From: Raja brachyura
Lineage: Eukaryota
Assembly (NCBI GenBank): GCA_963514005.1
Contig: OY740800.1
Coordinates: 17,484,001 to 17,548,000 of the forward strand
Length of the DNA: 64,000 bases
Reading direction: 5' to 3'
The translations under genes and the position numbers were made by a program. Below, piece after piece: positions 12,886 through 25,900 of the stretch (positions are counted from its first letter, which is position 1; every line of letters starts with the position of its first letter). The notes below the pieces were generated by a model that was given only the letters and a program-made list of their open reading frames with translations, searched no databases and was not told where the DNA came from.

Positions 12886-13102
12886 TGAAGGTGCAGTGGA
12901 TGTGTTGAACAGTAACAAAGGCTCTGCGGCAAGGTTCCTGAATAACAGAGTGCAATAAATCATTTCAACACTTAGGAGCAGGAATTCGTGTCACTGTGAC
13001 CTGAACGCCCAGCATGGTCATTCAGCAGTTAGTGGTGATGTCACACAGCTCCAGGGACCTGGGTTTGATCCTGACCTCAGATGTTACCTATGTGGGAGAT
13101 TT

Positions 13103-13282
13103 GGCTGGCACAGTGGCGCAGTGGTAGAGTTGCTGCCTTACAGTGCCAGAGACTGGAGTTCGATCTTGACTATGGGTTCATGTTCAGAACTGAGTTTATA
13201 CGTTCTCCCCATAACCTGCCTGTGTTTTCTCCGAGATCTTTGGTTTCCTCCCACACTCCAAGTTTGTAGGTTAATTGGCTTC
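13103..13282 (+). mobile_element. tRNA-derived HE1/V-SINE
   Basis: A-box TGGCGCAGTGG, B-box GAGTTCGATC and V-domain-like GGTTTCCTCCCACACTCCAA. Confidence 0.8.
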
Positions 13283-13789
13283 ATTTCATATCCAAATTTT
13301 CCTAATTTTCATGTTTGTCTCCACAGTAAAACAGATAAGAAATATTTATTGAGGATCCTGCCCATCGCCTGCAGCTCCAATATAGATGGCCACTTTGGTT
13401 TCAGAGGAGCCCTATCTCTCTCTAGTTACCCTTTTTTCCTTAATGTACTTATACATTCTCTTTGGATTCTCCTTAATCAGGAGAATAGAGCTATCTCATC
13501 AACATCTTTTCCCCTTCCAACATCTTTTCCCCTTCCTATGTACACTCCTCAATTCCCTACACTTCTTCAGGGATACATTTGATCCTTGCTGCCCATACCT
13601 AACCCATGGCTCCTTCTTTTCCTAATCTGAACCCTAATTTCAATTGCCCTCCAAGGTTCCCTACTCCTATCTGGGTCTTGGTCTTCACTCTAACAAGACA
13701 ATGCATACGTCTTTATCACACTTTTAAAAGCATCCCACTTTCTGTGCCACTTTCTGTGCCATCCCCCTTGCCCACAAACAACTTAGACT

Positions 13790-13920
13790 CAATCTGAAGA
13801 AGGGTCTCGACCCAAAACGTCACCCATTCCTTCTGTCCAGAGATGCTGCTTGGAGATGAGCTACTCCAGCATTTTGTGTCTATCTTCGGTTTAATCCAGC
13901 ATCTGCAGTTCCTTCCGACA
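13790..13920 (+). mobile_element. Penelope pLTR-derived repeat with hammerhead-like core
   Basis: CTGAAGAAGGGTCTCGACCCAAAACGTCACCCATTCC... Confidence 0.75.
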
Positions 13921-14394
13921 ACTAGTCCAATAAACTTTTGCTAGGTCCTGTCTAATTCCATCAAAATTGGCCTTGCCCTAATTTAGAACTTTAACTTGTG
14001 GACCATTCCTTATCCTTAATTAATAAAACAAAATCCTGCAGCTCAAGTATTACATAGAAAGCTGCAAAAGTTGCAAGCTGATAGTGAAAGAGTGAGTGCC
14101 ACGAACATTTCCACTGGAGTACTCCACTAGTACAGGTGAGTACATCTCTTGCCTGGTTATTGGTGACTGGGCAGGCCCTTTCCTTCTGATTCAAGCAGGC
14201 CATCACCTCACAAATGAGACAAAGGGCAAATTAAAAGGAGCAATTGAAGGACTAATATGTAAACGAGTGGATCCGGTTGCCATTAGAAAACAAGGAAAGG
14301 CAGATTGAATTGAGAGAAAGAGGGAACATTTATTTTAAAGAGTCAATTTTTTTAACACCCACTCCAAAAAAATTGTAATCCTAAAGGAATCCTC

Positions 14395-14672
14395 TACGGA
14401 TAAGGGGGAATTCCTTTAGGACCGAGGTGAGGAAAACATTTTTCACACAGAGAGTGGCGAGTCTCTGGAATTCTCTGCCACAGAAGGTAGTTGAGGCCAG
14501 TTTATTAGCTATATTTAAGAGGGAGTTAGATGTGGCCCGTGTGGCTAAAGGGATCAGGGGGTATGGAGAGAAGGCAGCTATAGGATACTGAATTGGATGA
14601 TCAGCCATTATCATATTGAAGGGCCGAATGGCCTACTCCTGCACCTATTTTCTATGTTTGTATGATTCTATG
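14395..14672 (+). mobile_element. Young CR1 3' end
   Basis: Near-identical to 28998-29290 (..FFTQRV.SLWNSLPQKVVEAS..GIRGYGEKA) with a TTTCTATG tail. Confidence 0.9.
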
Positions 14673-15832
14673 AATGAGACTCCAAAGGGATAATCTTTAT
14701 ATTATTGATATAAATAATTGACGAAGAAATCAATCAATAGTCATAAACACATAATTATTTTGATTGGATTTTTGATTACACAAAGATTTATACACCATAC
14801 ACAATTAATAGCCAAATTCAACAAGTTCCCAGATAAACCTGGAATCTAAGAAAAGTGTTGTTTTTGCAAAAGTGGCAACAGAGATGGATGGCAACTTTGT
14901 ACACTCCAGTTTCAACCAATTCATCCCCTACCCATTTTTGTTACACATTATCCTTATTCTAGCAATCAGTTCAGCCTTTTCAATTTTCTTTTTAAGCACA
15001 GCTTCTCTCTAAGACTCAAATTACATGAGGGGCTGTTTGGGAATGCTTGACAATACACGGCAATATACAATGTGGCTTAAAATTATGCTGCAGCCAGGCG
15101 CTCGTGTGTAACATGCATCTTTTTGCATTGTCAAGGCAGTATGACTGAGCTGTAAGACTTTGGCTTGTCACATGAACAAAATTGAATGCATCGTGGTTTG
15201 CCAGTGAGGAGAATTTGAAAAGGAAAACGAGCGAGAGTTCAATTTAAAACATCCACTGGAACTATAAAACTGTCACAATTTATGGAGCGTAAACTTATAA
15301 TAGTTCCATTCTCTGCTATAATTCTAATCAACGAAAATCCATCGCACTAGTCTCAGCAGAAAATAAACTTTGGAAATTTAAAGAACTTCAATAAAAACAT
15401 TTTCTCTTCCAATTATCAGTTAACTTGTCCCTCTTTTAATCAAACTATTGTTATCTAACCTTTCCTTCCAAATAAACTCTTTCATATTCATGGCCACCCT
15501 CATCTTGAAGATGCCCCTTGCCTTGTTGTCCACCAGTAACCACTTCCAACACAAGAGGTCCAGGCTTATCCTTCTTAATATTATTGACTTACCAAGGTAA
15601 ATGTAAGGCACTTCTAATCTATGCCAGCTCTCAGACTTATCTCATCAACCACCCCCCCCCCCCCCCCCATTTATTTTCCTACAATCTATTATTTCACACA
15701 TGTCTGCTAACATTTGCCTCCTTCTCCCACTAGCCATCACCTCTAGAAACAATTTATATTACTGATTAATCAACAAACTAAATGGTCACAGGAACACATG
15801 CACAATCTTCATGTAGACAGCACCCAAGGTCA

Positions 15833-16000
15833 GAAACATAGAAAATAGGTGCAGGAGTAGGCCATTTGGCTCTTTGAGGCCATTTGGCCCTTTGCCATTC
15901 AATATGATCATGGCGGATCATCCAAAATCAGTACCCCGTTCCTGCTTTCTCCCCATATCCCGTTAGCCCTGAATTATATCTAACTCTCTCTTGAATACAT
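15833..16000 (-). mobile_element. Young CR1 3' tail fragment
   Basis: GAAACATAGAAAATAGGTGCAGGAGTAGGCCATT... Confidence 0.8.
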
Positions 16001-17964
16001 CAGAATTTAAACCGGGTCAGTTCTGAGACAGCTGCACAATCCGTATATGCCACCTAAAGCCCACCCGTGCAGCACACTTCTGCCTGATAGTACGGAAACT
16101 CCAAGTTCTGGCCCTTGCATGGCCAGCCATGTTTCCCCTGATGTATCGTCAAGCCCTGGTCTGACCTGACATCTCTGACCTGCCTTCTCCAAGCCAGCCC
16201 AGTAAACTCTTCTTACGATTAAATTGGACTCTGGCAGAACAACTCAAGGAATTATTTCTCTATGGTCTTTAGTTGAATAAATGGCAGCACTTAAAGTGAG
16301 ACAAATATAAAGTAAGATTATGAGCAACAAAGCCGGACATATTAGTTTCTGGTGTCACAATGTTCACGTGCGAGTATGTATCAAGCTTATAGAAATATCG
16401 CCAAAGATTAATCCAACTCTAGATGTCCATTCCCTATCTGCCACTAACACAGATTACAAGATAACAATTTCCTTCTATCAAGAAATAATCAGGCCATCAA
16501 ATATATAGAGAATAGGATATAAACGTTGTAATTGGTGTAATGTCTACATTAGCAGTCAGACCATTTACACCACCCTGCTCTGATGCATGGCAGTTACATT
16601 TTTCAATTTTCTTTATAAATTAGAATATAGAATATAGAACAATACAGCATAGGAACGGGCACTTCAGCCCACAATGTCTGTGCTGAACATGATGCCAAGA
16701 CCAACTCTTATAAATGAATGAATTAATTAATAGGTTTATCTGCCTGTACATTATCCATATCCCTCCATTCCATACATATTCACATGCTATCCAAAAGCCT
16801 CTTAAATGCCACTATCATATCTACCTCCACCATCACCCCCGGCAGCCCATTCCAGGCACTCACCACCTTCTGTGTAAAATAACTTGAATTTTTAAACACC
16901 TCTTTTAAACTTTGCCCCATTCACATTAAAGCTATGTCCTCTAGCATTTAATCAGATCTTCACTCAGCCTCCTGTTCCAGAATAAAACAATCCTGATTCC
17001 CCAATATTTTCAACTTTCTTTAATTTACAAGGTAGTATATTCTTTAGGCCTGTAATTCTCAGTCCACACTCTTTAACTGCTCCATAATTAAAATCCAGTC
17101 TTGCATGTGTGCAATATCATCATTACCCTTACCACAGCTAATCTGTTTGTGAAATTCAGATCCACAGCTGAATCATCCCCATCATATTTTATATTCATGC
17201 TTTTTAGACCATATTGATCATCAATATCTCATTGTACCTGACAAGAATAAAGCAATACCAATAACAATCTTCAATTAAAATTTCCCTTCTCCATTAACAT
17301 CCCCCCAATTCATTGTGACCACCTTTAGCTTTCAGATATTTTTCAGATTCTGTCCACTTGTGTATTCTGAACCTCCTTCACCCATCCTTGGCAGTTATGC
17401 CCACATTTCTGGAATTCAAATTCCAAAATCTCTCTGCACCTCTTTCCCCTTTTAAAATGAGCCCTAATACTTTATTTCACTAAGTATTTGATCAATTGTG
17501 AAAAAAAGCTTTCAATCTTTGGCTTAAGTTTTTTGCAGATGCCTGTAATAGGATCTAAATCTGCTACCTTTTTCCTTTATTTTTTTACTGTTTCATTGTA
17601 TTTTTGTGGCATTGAGCTACAATGATGAGAACTATATTCTGCACTCTGTATCTTGCCCTTTGCTCTACCTATTTTACTTGAGATTAACTTGATTGTATTT
17701 ATATGTAATATTATCTGATCTGTTAGGAAAGCATGCAAACAAAGCTTTTCACTGTACCTCGGTAAATATGACAATAATAAACAAAATAAACCAAAAACCT
17801 GTTTTGTGCGTTATTTAAATATCTATTGGTCCCTTGCTGATCAGAACACTCAGTTTGGATGCTTAATATTTCTGGTTAGCTTCACGGCAATAGTTAACAA
17901 ATAATTGGCTTGATTTTGGAAGGAATGCTGCCATTATATGCCAAACTGCCATTTTCCAACCCTC

Positions 17965-18300
17965 ATCTGACAACCCAGCTGTATGAATATTGATTTCTCT
18001 AATTTCAAGTAGCCCTTGCATTCCCTCTCTCTCCATCCCTCCCCCACCCTAGTTGGCTTGCTAGTTTCACTGTTTGCATCCCTTCATTATCACCTTTCCT
18101 CACCCAACAATGGACCATTGTGGTCTCCACTGTTCCCGAGTAATTGATGCCAGCTGTGATTAGTTCTGTACCTTTTCATACTTCTAGTTTCCCTCACCCC
18201 TGACTTTCATTTTGAAGAAGGGTCTCAACCTGAAACGTCACCTATTCCTTTACTCCAGAGATGATGCCTGGCCCACTGAGTTACTCCAGCATTTTGCGCC
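17965..18300 (+). mobile_element. Penelope 3' end / pLTR fragment
   Basis: Reverse-complement homologue of 7120-7450, ending TGAAGAAGGGTCTCAACCTGAAACGTCACC..TGAGTTACTCCAGCATTTTG. Confidence 0.7.
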
Positions 18301-19385
18301 ATTTTCCAAGAAAGGGGCATTTCTCCTGGAATGTGATTATTTAGTAATTTCCCAACGACATTCCAATATTAGACATCTGACACAGAATGAGGAACATCCA
18401 CAAGGATGCAAAGTAAGTACTAGGCAATTCTGTTTTTATATAATTAATTGCATTTAGTTAAATGATTTTATTGTTTATGTGGGTATCATGACAGAAGCCT
18501 CCTCGTGGCGATCCCCGGAAACGACGGCACGACGCGCTCTGTGGCACGTCAGGCGACCAATTCTGTCAACATGTTGGTCGACGACAGAAGCCAACAGCGA
18601 ACTACATGTCGTCCGACACACGAGCAAACGATTGTTTATGTATTTTAAGCATTTCGGTTTTTGCTTACTTTAAGTGCTACTTTGTAGGTGGGGTATAAGT
18701 CAACAATGGAAGATCAACAACAAAGTTTATTAGGTGAGTGGCCATTGTGGGCTTTTAGGCAGTGAGATCTGGTGACAAAAAGAACTGCAGGTGCTGAAAT
18801 ATGAGCAAAACACAAAATGCTGGAGTAATTCAGCGGATCAGGCAGTAACTGTGGAGGGAATTGGGTAGGCGACATTTTGGGCCGGGTGCCTTCTCCCGAT
18901 TCAAACGGAGACGCCATGCGCAGCAACAGAGTGTTCTGTGATGTTCTTTAGGTCACAGGGAGTGGGCAGGGCAAGAACAAGTTCTGCCCTCAAAATACTT
19001 CAAAAAGAAAGACTACTTCCTTAACTACATCTACTGGCTTAGCCAATTGCCACAGGTCCAAAATGTTTTCAAATGCTCTCACCATGTTTTGTAAAACATT
19101 CAAAAGCCACTAAATAAAATTAAAATAAAGGACAATAAAATGCTTAAAGCAATCAGACAACTAAAATACTAAGATTAAATGAGAACTTACCAGTTTGAAA
19201 TTTGATCTTTATTTTATGAGGAGTTACGATGAGGGATTACGTGAAGACCCCGCCAGCACGCATGCGCAACATTCTTCAAAGCAGTGGTGTGAAATCACAG
19301 ATACCAAAGTTGACTAACATAGTAAGATAAGAGATAACTTTATATACCAGTTAACCTTTATAATAGAGGGTTTGGGAGCGGAGGG

Positions 19386-19498
19386 CACGTAATCCCTCAT
19401 CGTAACTCCTCATAAAATAAAGATCAAACTTCAAAATGGTAAGTTCTCATTTAATCTTACTATTTTACTTCGGAGTCACGTGAGTGACTACGTGAAGA
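19386..19498 (-). repeat. ICR of DIRS A
   Basis: 19386-19464 is the reverse complement of 19165-19243 (3 mismatches). 19462-19498 is the reverse complement of about 23117-23153. The junction reads CTTACT-ATT-TTACTTCGGAG. Confidence 0.92.
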
Positions 19499-19659
19499 TT
19501 TCAAAGCTCTGTGATTTCATGCCCTGGAACGAGTCCATGCTCACACACTGCCATGCTAGGAAATGGAGGATGTAACGTATTTCAGACATGAACTGTGCTG
19601 AAAAACAAAAAGGTATTTATTTCATACCTAAAATAATAATGCCCCTACATTGGGTAAAT

Positions 19660-20628
19660 CATGAAACAGAACTTAAAATTTTTCCCGCAACTGTCTCAGG
19701 CCACTGGTTTATTATAGAAGCGCTGAAAAGTCCGTTCATTACTCCAACCCGCTGTAGCAAGGATCTACTGTAAGCCAGTAGATCCTAGCCGCCGATGTGG
19801 ATGCAGCCATGGTGGAGTGAGATTTTAAAATATTAGTGTCCACCCCCGCTGCACCCAATACCACCCTTAACCATCTGGAAATGGTTTGTACTGTGACCTT
19901 ATGGTGAGGGCGTTTGTGGCTAATGAGTAAAGCCCTCTCCGTCCCCCTGAGACTCTTGGTGACCTCCATATATCGCAATATATATGTCACGATGCAGAGC
20001 CGACAATCTGCAGGATAGGCCAGAAATTCTACTTTTTGGCCAGTGGATCCGGGTCTATCCTGTTTAAGTAACCCCTGTATAAGGAAGGTTATCTTGCCAT
20101 TAGTGATATACATGGCGTCCATACTTAGCTTATGTAAGGACTGGACCCGTTGTGCTGTTACAAGTGCCATTAACATAACCATTTTATAGGTTAATTTATC
20201 CAGTGTGAGTCCCGATATAGGTGTCCATCCTCGTAGCATAGTCAACACTATGCGTATGTCCCAAGTATGGGTGTATCTGGGCCTGGGGGGGGATTAGAAT
20301 TAAATATACCCCTCATTAGTTTAGATACCAGTGGGTGTGATCCCACAGCCAGGTGATCACACCCTCGGCCCAGATAATTGGATAGGGCACTACGGACACA
20401 ATTAATGGCACTGTAGCTCAATCCCTCATCAAAATGAAGGGTAGACAGGAACTCCAGCACTTCAGTGATGGTGGCTGTGTCGTATGAAGTGTTCGTTCTG
20501 ATGCAGAACACTTCCCATTTCTTCACATATATAAGATATTGTTTCCTGGTGGACTCCCTGCACGACGCTGTGATGACATTTATCGTCCTGTCGGAGAGTC
20601 CGTAGTCCAGAAATGGCCTGTTCAGAAT
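19660..20628 (-). pseudogene. DIRS A tyrosine recombinase (frameshifted)
   Basis: ORFs 20248-20634 (LEFL..L....LSYSAIN..RSALS) and 19739-20248 (ALVTAQRV, KSHSTMAASTS, i.e. HSTR changed to HSTM), plus an out-of-frame ATAGWSNE.TFQRFYNKP. Confidence 0.88.
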
Positions 20629-20639
20629 CTGCAAACCAA

Positions 20640-21747
20640 CAGGTTTATTCAGTCATGGCATGGCTGACTTTCCCCTGTTACAGGGTGTTCCAAAAGGCTT
20701 GGACGTTTGTTGATCCGAATGCAGGGTTCTGCAGCCATATTTTGTACTAGTGGGAACCATGGTTGGGTAGGCCAGTCGGGAACAACCAAAATACCCGTTG
20801 TGGAGTTTGTTTGATTTTTTGTAAGACCCGACTGATGAGGCAGAAGGGGGGAAATGCATAGAAAAACAAATCCCCCCAATGCAGCGAGAAAGTGTCCATC
20901 GCTGCTGCCCCAGGGTCTGGTTCCCAAGCAACATATGTTGGTAGTTGGTGATTCAATCTGGATGCAAAAAGGTCGATATCTGGTGTCCCATACCGTTCTA
21001 TAATATCGGCAAACACTTTCCGATCCAACATCCATTTGGTGTTGTCGTTGAATTTGCGTGACCAGGTGTCCGCTACTGTATTTAGCTTACCTGGAAGGTA
21101 AGTGGCTGAGATCCAAATATTCCTTTCCAGACACCAGTGCCAGATATTATTAACCAATTAATCGCATGATATCGACTTTATTCCACCCATATGATTAATA
21201 TAGATATATAATATTATCAATCTGTAATCGTACATGCAAATGGTGTATGTCTGAACAGTAGGCCCGGAGTCCATGAAATGCTCCCAACATTTCTAGATAA
21301 TTAATCCCTAGTGCTCCCAACAGGGTTAATTCTTGTGCACTCCATCTGCCTACCACAACTTGAGGTGGTATTAGTTGCTCCCCAACCTTTTGCACTGGCA
21401 TCAGTCTGTAATGTAACCATTTTGTTTTTGGTAAAAATGTTTGATACGAGCTCTTGAGATTCTCTGTTTGTCTTCTCAATTACCCCTTTTGCGTTTAATC
21501 TTAATAGTTCAGCATGGCCTTCTGTTCTCTCTTTTTGTGAGAGTATAAACTTCTGGCTAGGTGTATGCTGAACTGGGACGTGGAGTTCGTATACAAATTC
21601 AATTTTGTATCCCTGAATACTTCCGAGTATGTAAGGATCAGAGGTAAAAGTGTTCCACCCATGACGAAACAAGTGCAACCGTCCCCCAACCCGTGATGAG
21701 TCTAGACATGCAATGTCTTCGAGGCAACCTGACCCACCTACCTCCAA
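20640..21747 (-). pseudogene. DIRS A pol remnant: RT N-terminus fused to RNase H, plus methyltransferase-like domain
   Basis: VGGRL..F..GW...VSNIFTKNK|MVTLQTDAS.KGWGA (RT core absent), INYLEM, LPGKLNTVAD, DIDLFASRLNHQ and FYAFPPF, with multiple frameshifts. Confidence 0.88.
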
Positions 21748-21749
21748 GA

Positions 21750-22966
21750 TTATCGGCGGTTCTGTGTTGGTTGTCTCTGTCCTTGCTTCTTGTTCTGTTG
21801 TGTTGCTGCGGTGTGGGGATGGCGCATTTTCCAAGAAGGTCGGGCTGGGCCATGGTCTAAAAAAGACCGTTCTGCAGGTGGGCCGGCCTTCGAGCTTTCA
21901 CCACCAGATGGTCTCTCATTGTAACGGTGCCTAGTAGATGTGTAGGGGTGCTGCCGCCACTGATATAGGGTTTTGGAGGTGTTCGGCACCTTAATCATGC
22001 CGATTGCCTAAGCCTCCTCATCCAGTTTTTTTTACCAGTTTTGGGAGGTTGTCCCCAAACAGCAATGTTGGCGGCTGTGCACTGCTGGGCCTGCATAATC
22101 CCGCAAATTTGGGATTGACATGCAGGCTTTATGATGCTCTTCCTGTAGCTATTAATTTCAAATAGCGTATTACACAGGAGTGCTAGAGCGTCTTGAAGCT
22201 CTTCAGGCATTTCAACCCCATCAAATGTTCTGGCTACTGCTGTAATCCCAGCAACCAGTAGCTTGAGAATTCTTTGGAGTTTCACCTCCTGGCTCCTTAT
22301 GGTCGGACTCATGTTGCCCCAAATGGGGTTGTTGACAGCAGGTACATTTAGAGAAATACAATTCTCTGGCGCAAGGTATTTTTCTGCCGTATTGTTTATT
22401 GCCTGTTCCTGCAGATGGTTTGTTGCCATGTAATTAATACTGGCAGCCAGCTTGGGATGCAATGGCAGACCTTTTTGGGTAGGTATAGCAAATTTGTTGA
22501 CCATACCCAGTAGTTCTTCTTGCGGCACCCCTAACACAGGTGAGTCTTCAGCCATGTCCCCTTCTTCAGGGTTAGCCCAGTTCTGACCCCCAATGCTCCC
22601 CTGCGAAGAGGGTGAGATATTTGGCAGTCCTTGATAGGAAGATGCCGTCGGTCTGCGAACAGTGCCTAGTAGGTGCAAAAGCAGGTCACGCTGGAGCAAT
22701 TGCTCCACCATCTGCTCCATGCGGGTAAGACGACCGCCGTCGCTATCAGCGAATGGGGTGTCTTCAAGTCCGGACCCAGCCAAGTCAGCGGACCTGTCCA
22801 ACTTCCGGGTGGTTTTGCCGCCGGACCGCGGCGCACCTGCGGTCTGTTGCGGTGAGAAGTCGGGGGCTGCTGGCAGCACCTGCATCTCTGGAGAGTTGGC
22901 ACGCTGCTGGCTGCTTTCCACAGCAGCGATTTTTGCCTCTGCTCTCCGCGATTTCCTGGACTCCAT
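21750..22966 (-). pseudogene. DIRS A gag-like ORF1 (frameshifted near the 3' end)
   Basis: ATG in Kozak context at 22966. ORFs 21995-23008 and 21750-21998 are homologous to DIRS B gag (P.NC.SLNVP.VN.PIWGN.S..IR.QE.K.QRILKLL.AGITA). Confidence 0.8.
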
Positions 22967-25900
22967 GGTGCTGTTTTCCTGTAACACACAAACACACAGA
23001 GTCGCCACGAAACTCTACCAGACTGGTAAGTACTTACCTCCAGCTTTTTATTAACTTACGCTGGAGGAGCTTCCGCAATGCATTCGACGTTATGTCGCGC
23101 ATGTGTGCTGGCGGGGTCCTCACGTAGTCACTCACGTGACTCCGAAGTAAAATTAAACAATCGAATTAGCTAGCATTCTACAGTATATACACAGCATCGT
23201 TCACTGAGACGTATTTGTAACAATTACTTATAATAATTTAGATATTTATAAATTCCTTAATCCAGCAATGCTAATCGCCTTCCCATTGCCTGAAGGTCAT
23301 CTGAAATGACAGAAATGAGAGTGGGTTCGCAGCATCTGTCACGCTACCTTGGAAATGCAAAGTCAGCAGGAATACAGCATCAAAAGCTTCAGACAGCTCA
23401 ACTACTCACAAGCAAGTGACAGTACGAGCAAAGCATTGCATGTTAACCCAACTGTTATCCACTGCTTTCCCTTTTAGATGAATTATAAATAATCTAACAG
23501 TTAGAAATGCCACTAAAAATAGTGTCAGGTACGAGTATGCAGCAACTAGATAAAAATAAGCATGTTTCTGCTTAATTGTTGAGTGCATGAAGTCTCCTGA
23601 ATTATGTCCCTATCCTCAGATCAGAAAGGTGCGTTATCAGTAATGCAATCTCTGACTAGTGTGCAAGGAACCTCTGCTGACAGCTGCTCAGGTAGATCTA
23701 CTGCAATTGTTAAAATGGCCTTGGTTCTAAATATACAGCTAAATCATCAAATGATCTTGAATATTGTCTTTCTTCACGTATTCCTCTCGTGCTTTGAAAT
23801 GTTACATTTCATAGATCATTATAACTAAATATTTTAGGTTCCTCTAATCATTTCAAATACATCCCAAATGAGTTCTTAGATTTGTTTTCCTTGTAACGTT
23901 CCTAAGACAGTGAGGAGAGTCATTGGCAATGGTTTTGAGGCAGATCATAATGTTGCTAGATGGTTGGAGTGGTGTAAAGAGAAACCTGGTGGACAAATCA
24001 TATCATGCATATGTTTACTGTTTGCTCTTATTGTTTACCTATTAGGACAGAGAGGAAGGCTATGCAGGCAATAGGGTCCATGTTGACTTTCACCACAGCC
24101 ATCCAATCAGTCCTGTCCATCCCTCCTTGCTTCTTGTAGCCTTGCAATCCATTATTCTTTGTCACATACTCATCTACACTCTTTCGTTCTTTTCTCATTT
24201 ACTTGTGTTAATGGATGATTTACAGTAGCCAATTAATCTACCAGTAAATTCTTGGGGCATGGGATTAAAGTGGAGCACCCAGCAGAAATCCACAAAGTCA
24301 TGGTAAAAATATGAAACCTCCAGACCGTCAGCACCTGAGGTCAGGATCGAACCCCCGTTTCTGTCACTGTGAAGCAAAAGATTCAAATCCGTCTGAACTT
24401 GTTCCAGTTCAGAAATCTCTCTCCATATTAACCCTGTCTTGGGGTCAAGGAAAGTGCGTTCACATTGCGGCCCTGTTTCCACCAATCTTTCTACCACAAG
24501 AAGCACAAGAAGCGACACGACAGACACCACTGTATGCAGTTGCCAAGAAGTGTGTTCAGCTCTGGCTTAACAACTTCTAATCTTGTGTGTGGACTCGATA
24601 AGAAGAAGAAGCCCTGTCTTCACTTCTTCTGTGAACTGTCAATTGCACTTAATTGACCCTGAATCAAATGCCTAACAAGAGTTTTTCTCTTTAAATATTG
24701 CCCAATATAGTTTAAATTAAATTTTATAACGGACATGGTTACACTTTTAAATGAGGAAAATAACTAAATGACTGTTTCTTAAGGCATCTTTCAAAAATTG
24801 TCTTTAGACTCAGCATTTTTTGCAACCCTGGAGAGTTTATTACCATTCTTTGTCTGTTGAGAAATACTTAGTAGAGGTTTATAATTAGTTTAAAACGATT
24901 CTCGAGTGTTTCTCATTTCCAGTAAAATTAGCTGGTTTAGTTTAAATGTAGCAAAAGTAATAGCTTTTTGGTTGCTTATTAAAGTCATTTTGAATGATGT
25001 TTACTTAGGCTGACAGGTTCTCAAAGGCAGAAATGGGCACCCGTCAGAAAGCAAAGCTTATTATAAGTCTCACCAAATCCAGCTACAGAACTACACTTTC
25101 CCTGTTTCCCACCTGCTTTTTGCTGTGTTAAGCATAGGGTCCCCAAAGTCATGTTTACATTACAGCTTCTGTCGTTCATTTGTTGTGTATTTCCAGCAGC
25201 AGCAGAGTGGCAAAGATGTGAAGCCTCAATAATGTAAAGGGATTTACTCTGACCTCACTGAATTAAAGCCTCTAACCTGTTGACCTCACTGCAGATCTGG
25301 GCCGTGGAAATCTGTATTCATGTCAGGCTTCACAAAGGGAATCTCTAACCAAATTCAGCCTCAGGAAAACTGACAGTGGAGAGAGAGGGCAGGTGGTATA
25401 ATAAGTCCTACAGCAATAACGTGGTCACAGCCCAGTATAAATTTCGGAGAAATCACATTCAGTTTGCGTCAGAGGTAGCAGTTTAATCAGTTTGCAGTCT
25501 GCCAGCACTCTATTACCAGTCAGTCACTGGTACACCTCCGTGACTGGTTAAATCACAAGGGATCACAGTGTAGTAATGAGGTGTTTGATGGATTGGCCCT
25601 GTTTCAATTAAATTTGAACAGTGAAATCTCTCAATAATCTTTGCTCAAAACCTACCTTACTGCTAGAAGTCCCTAAAGTGAAGTTATGGTTGAGTGTGCA
25701 ATATTGTGCTGAAACTGTTTTCCAACTTTAAAAACTATACGTAAATAAATACAATAAAACACAAGTCTTGATGAAGGATCATTGACATGGAATATTAACT
25801 CTATCGCTCTTTCCACTGAACCTGCTACTGCTAAGATTTACAGCATTTTCTGTTTTAGTTCATACTATTAATATGCAAACTGAGCTCTAAAATACTTTAT

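Larger units (their letters stand above)
19165..23153 (-). mobile_element. DIRS1-type tyrosine-recombinase retrotransposon A (internally deleted, non-autonomous)
   Basis: Inverted terminal segments (CACGT..GGGGTC/GACCCC..GCATGCGC), an ICR complementary to both ends, AAT/ATT at both junctions, and remnants of gag, RT-RH-MT and YR. Confidence 0.93.

Noticed and set aside
13103-13175. tRNA gene (also at 43148, 55750 and 59764)
   Set aside because: The A/B boxes continue into a SINE body and CR1-like tail, and no complete cloverleaf is evident.
14042-14140. Possible plus-strand exon (CAG...CAG|GTGAGT)
   Set aside because: Stop codons in all three frames and no recognisable protein similarity.
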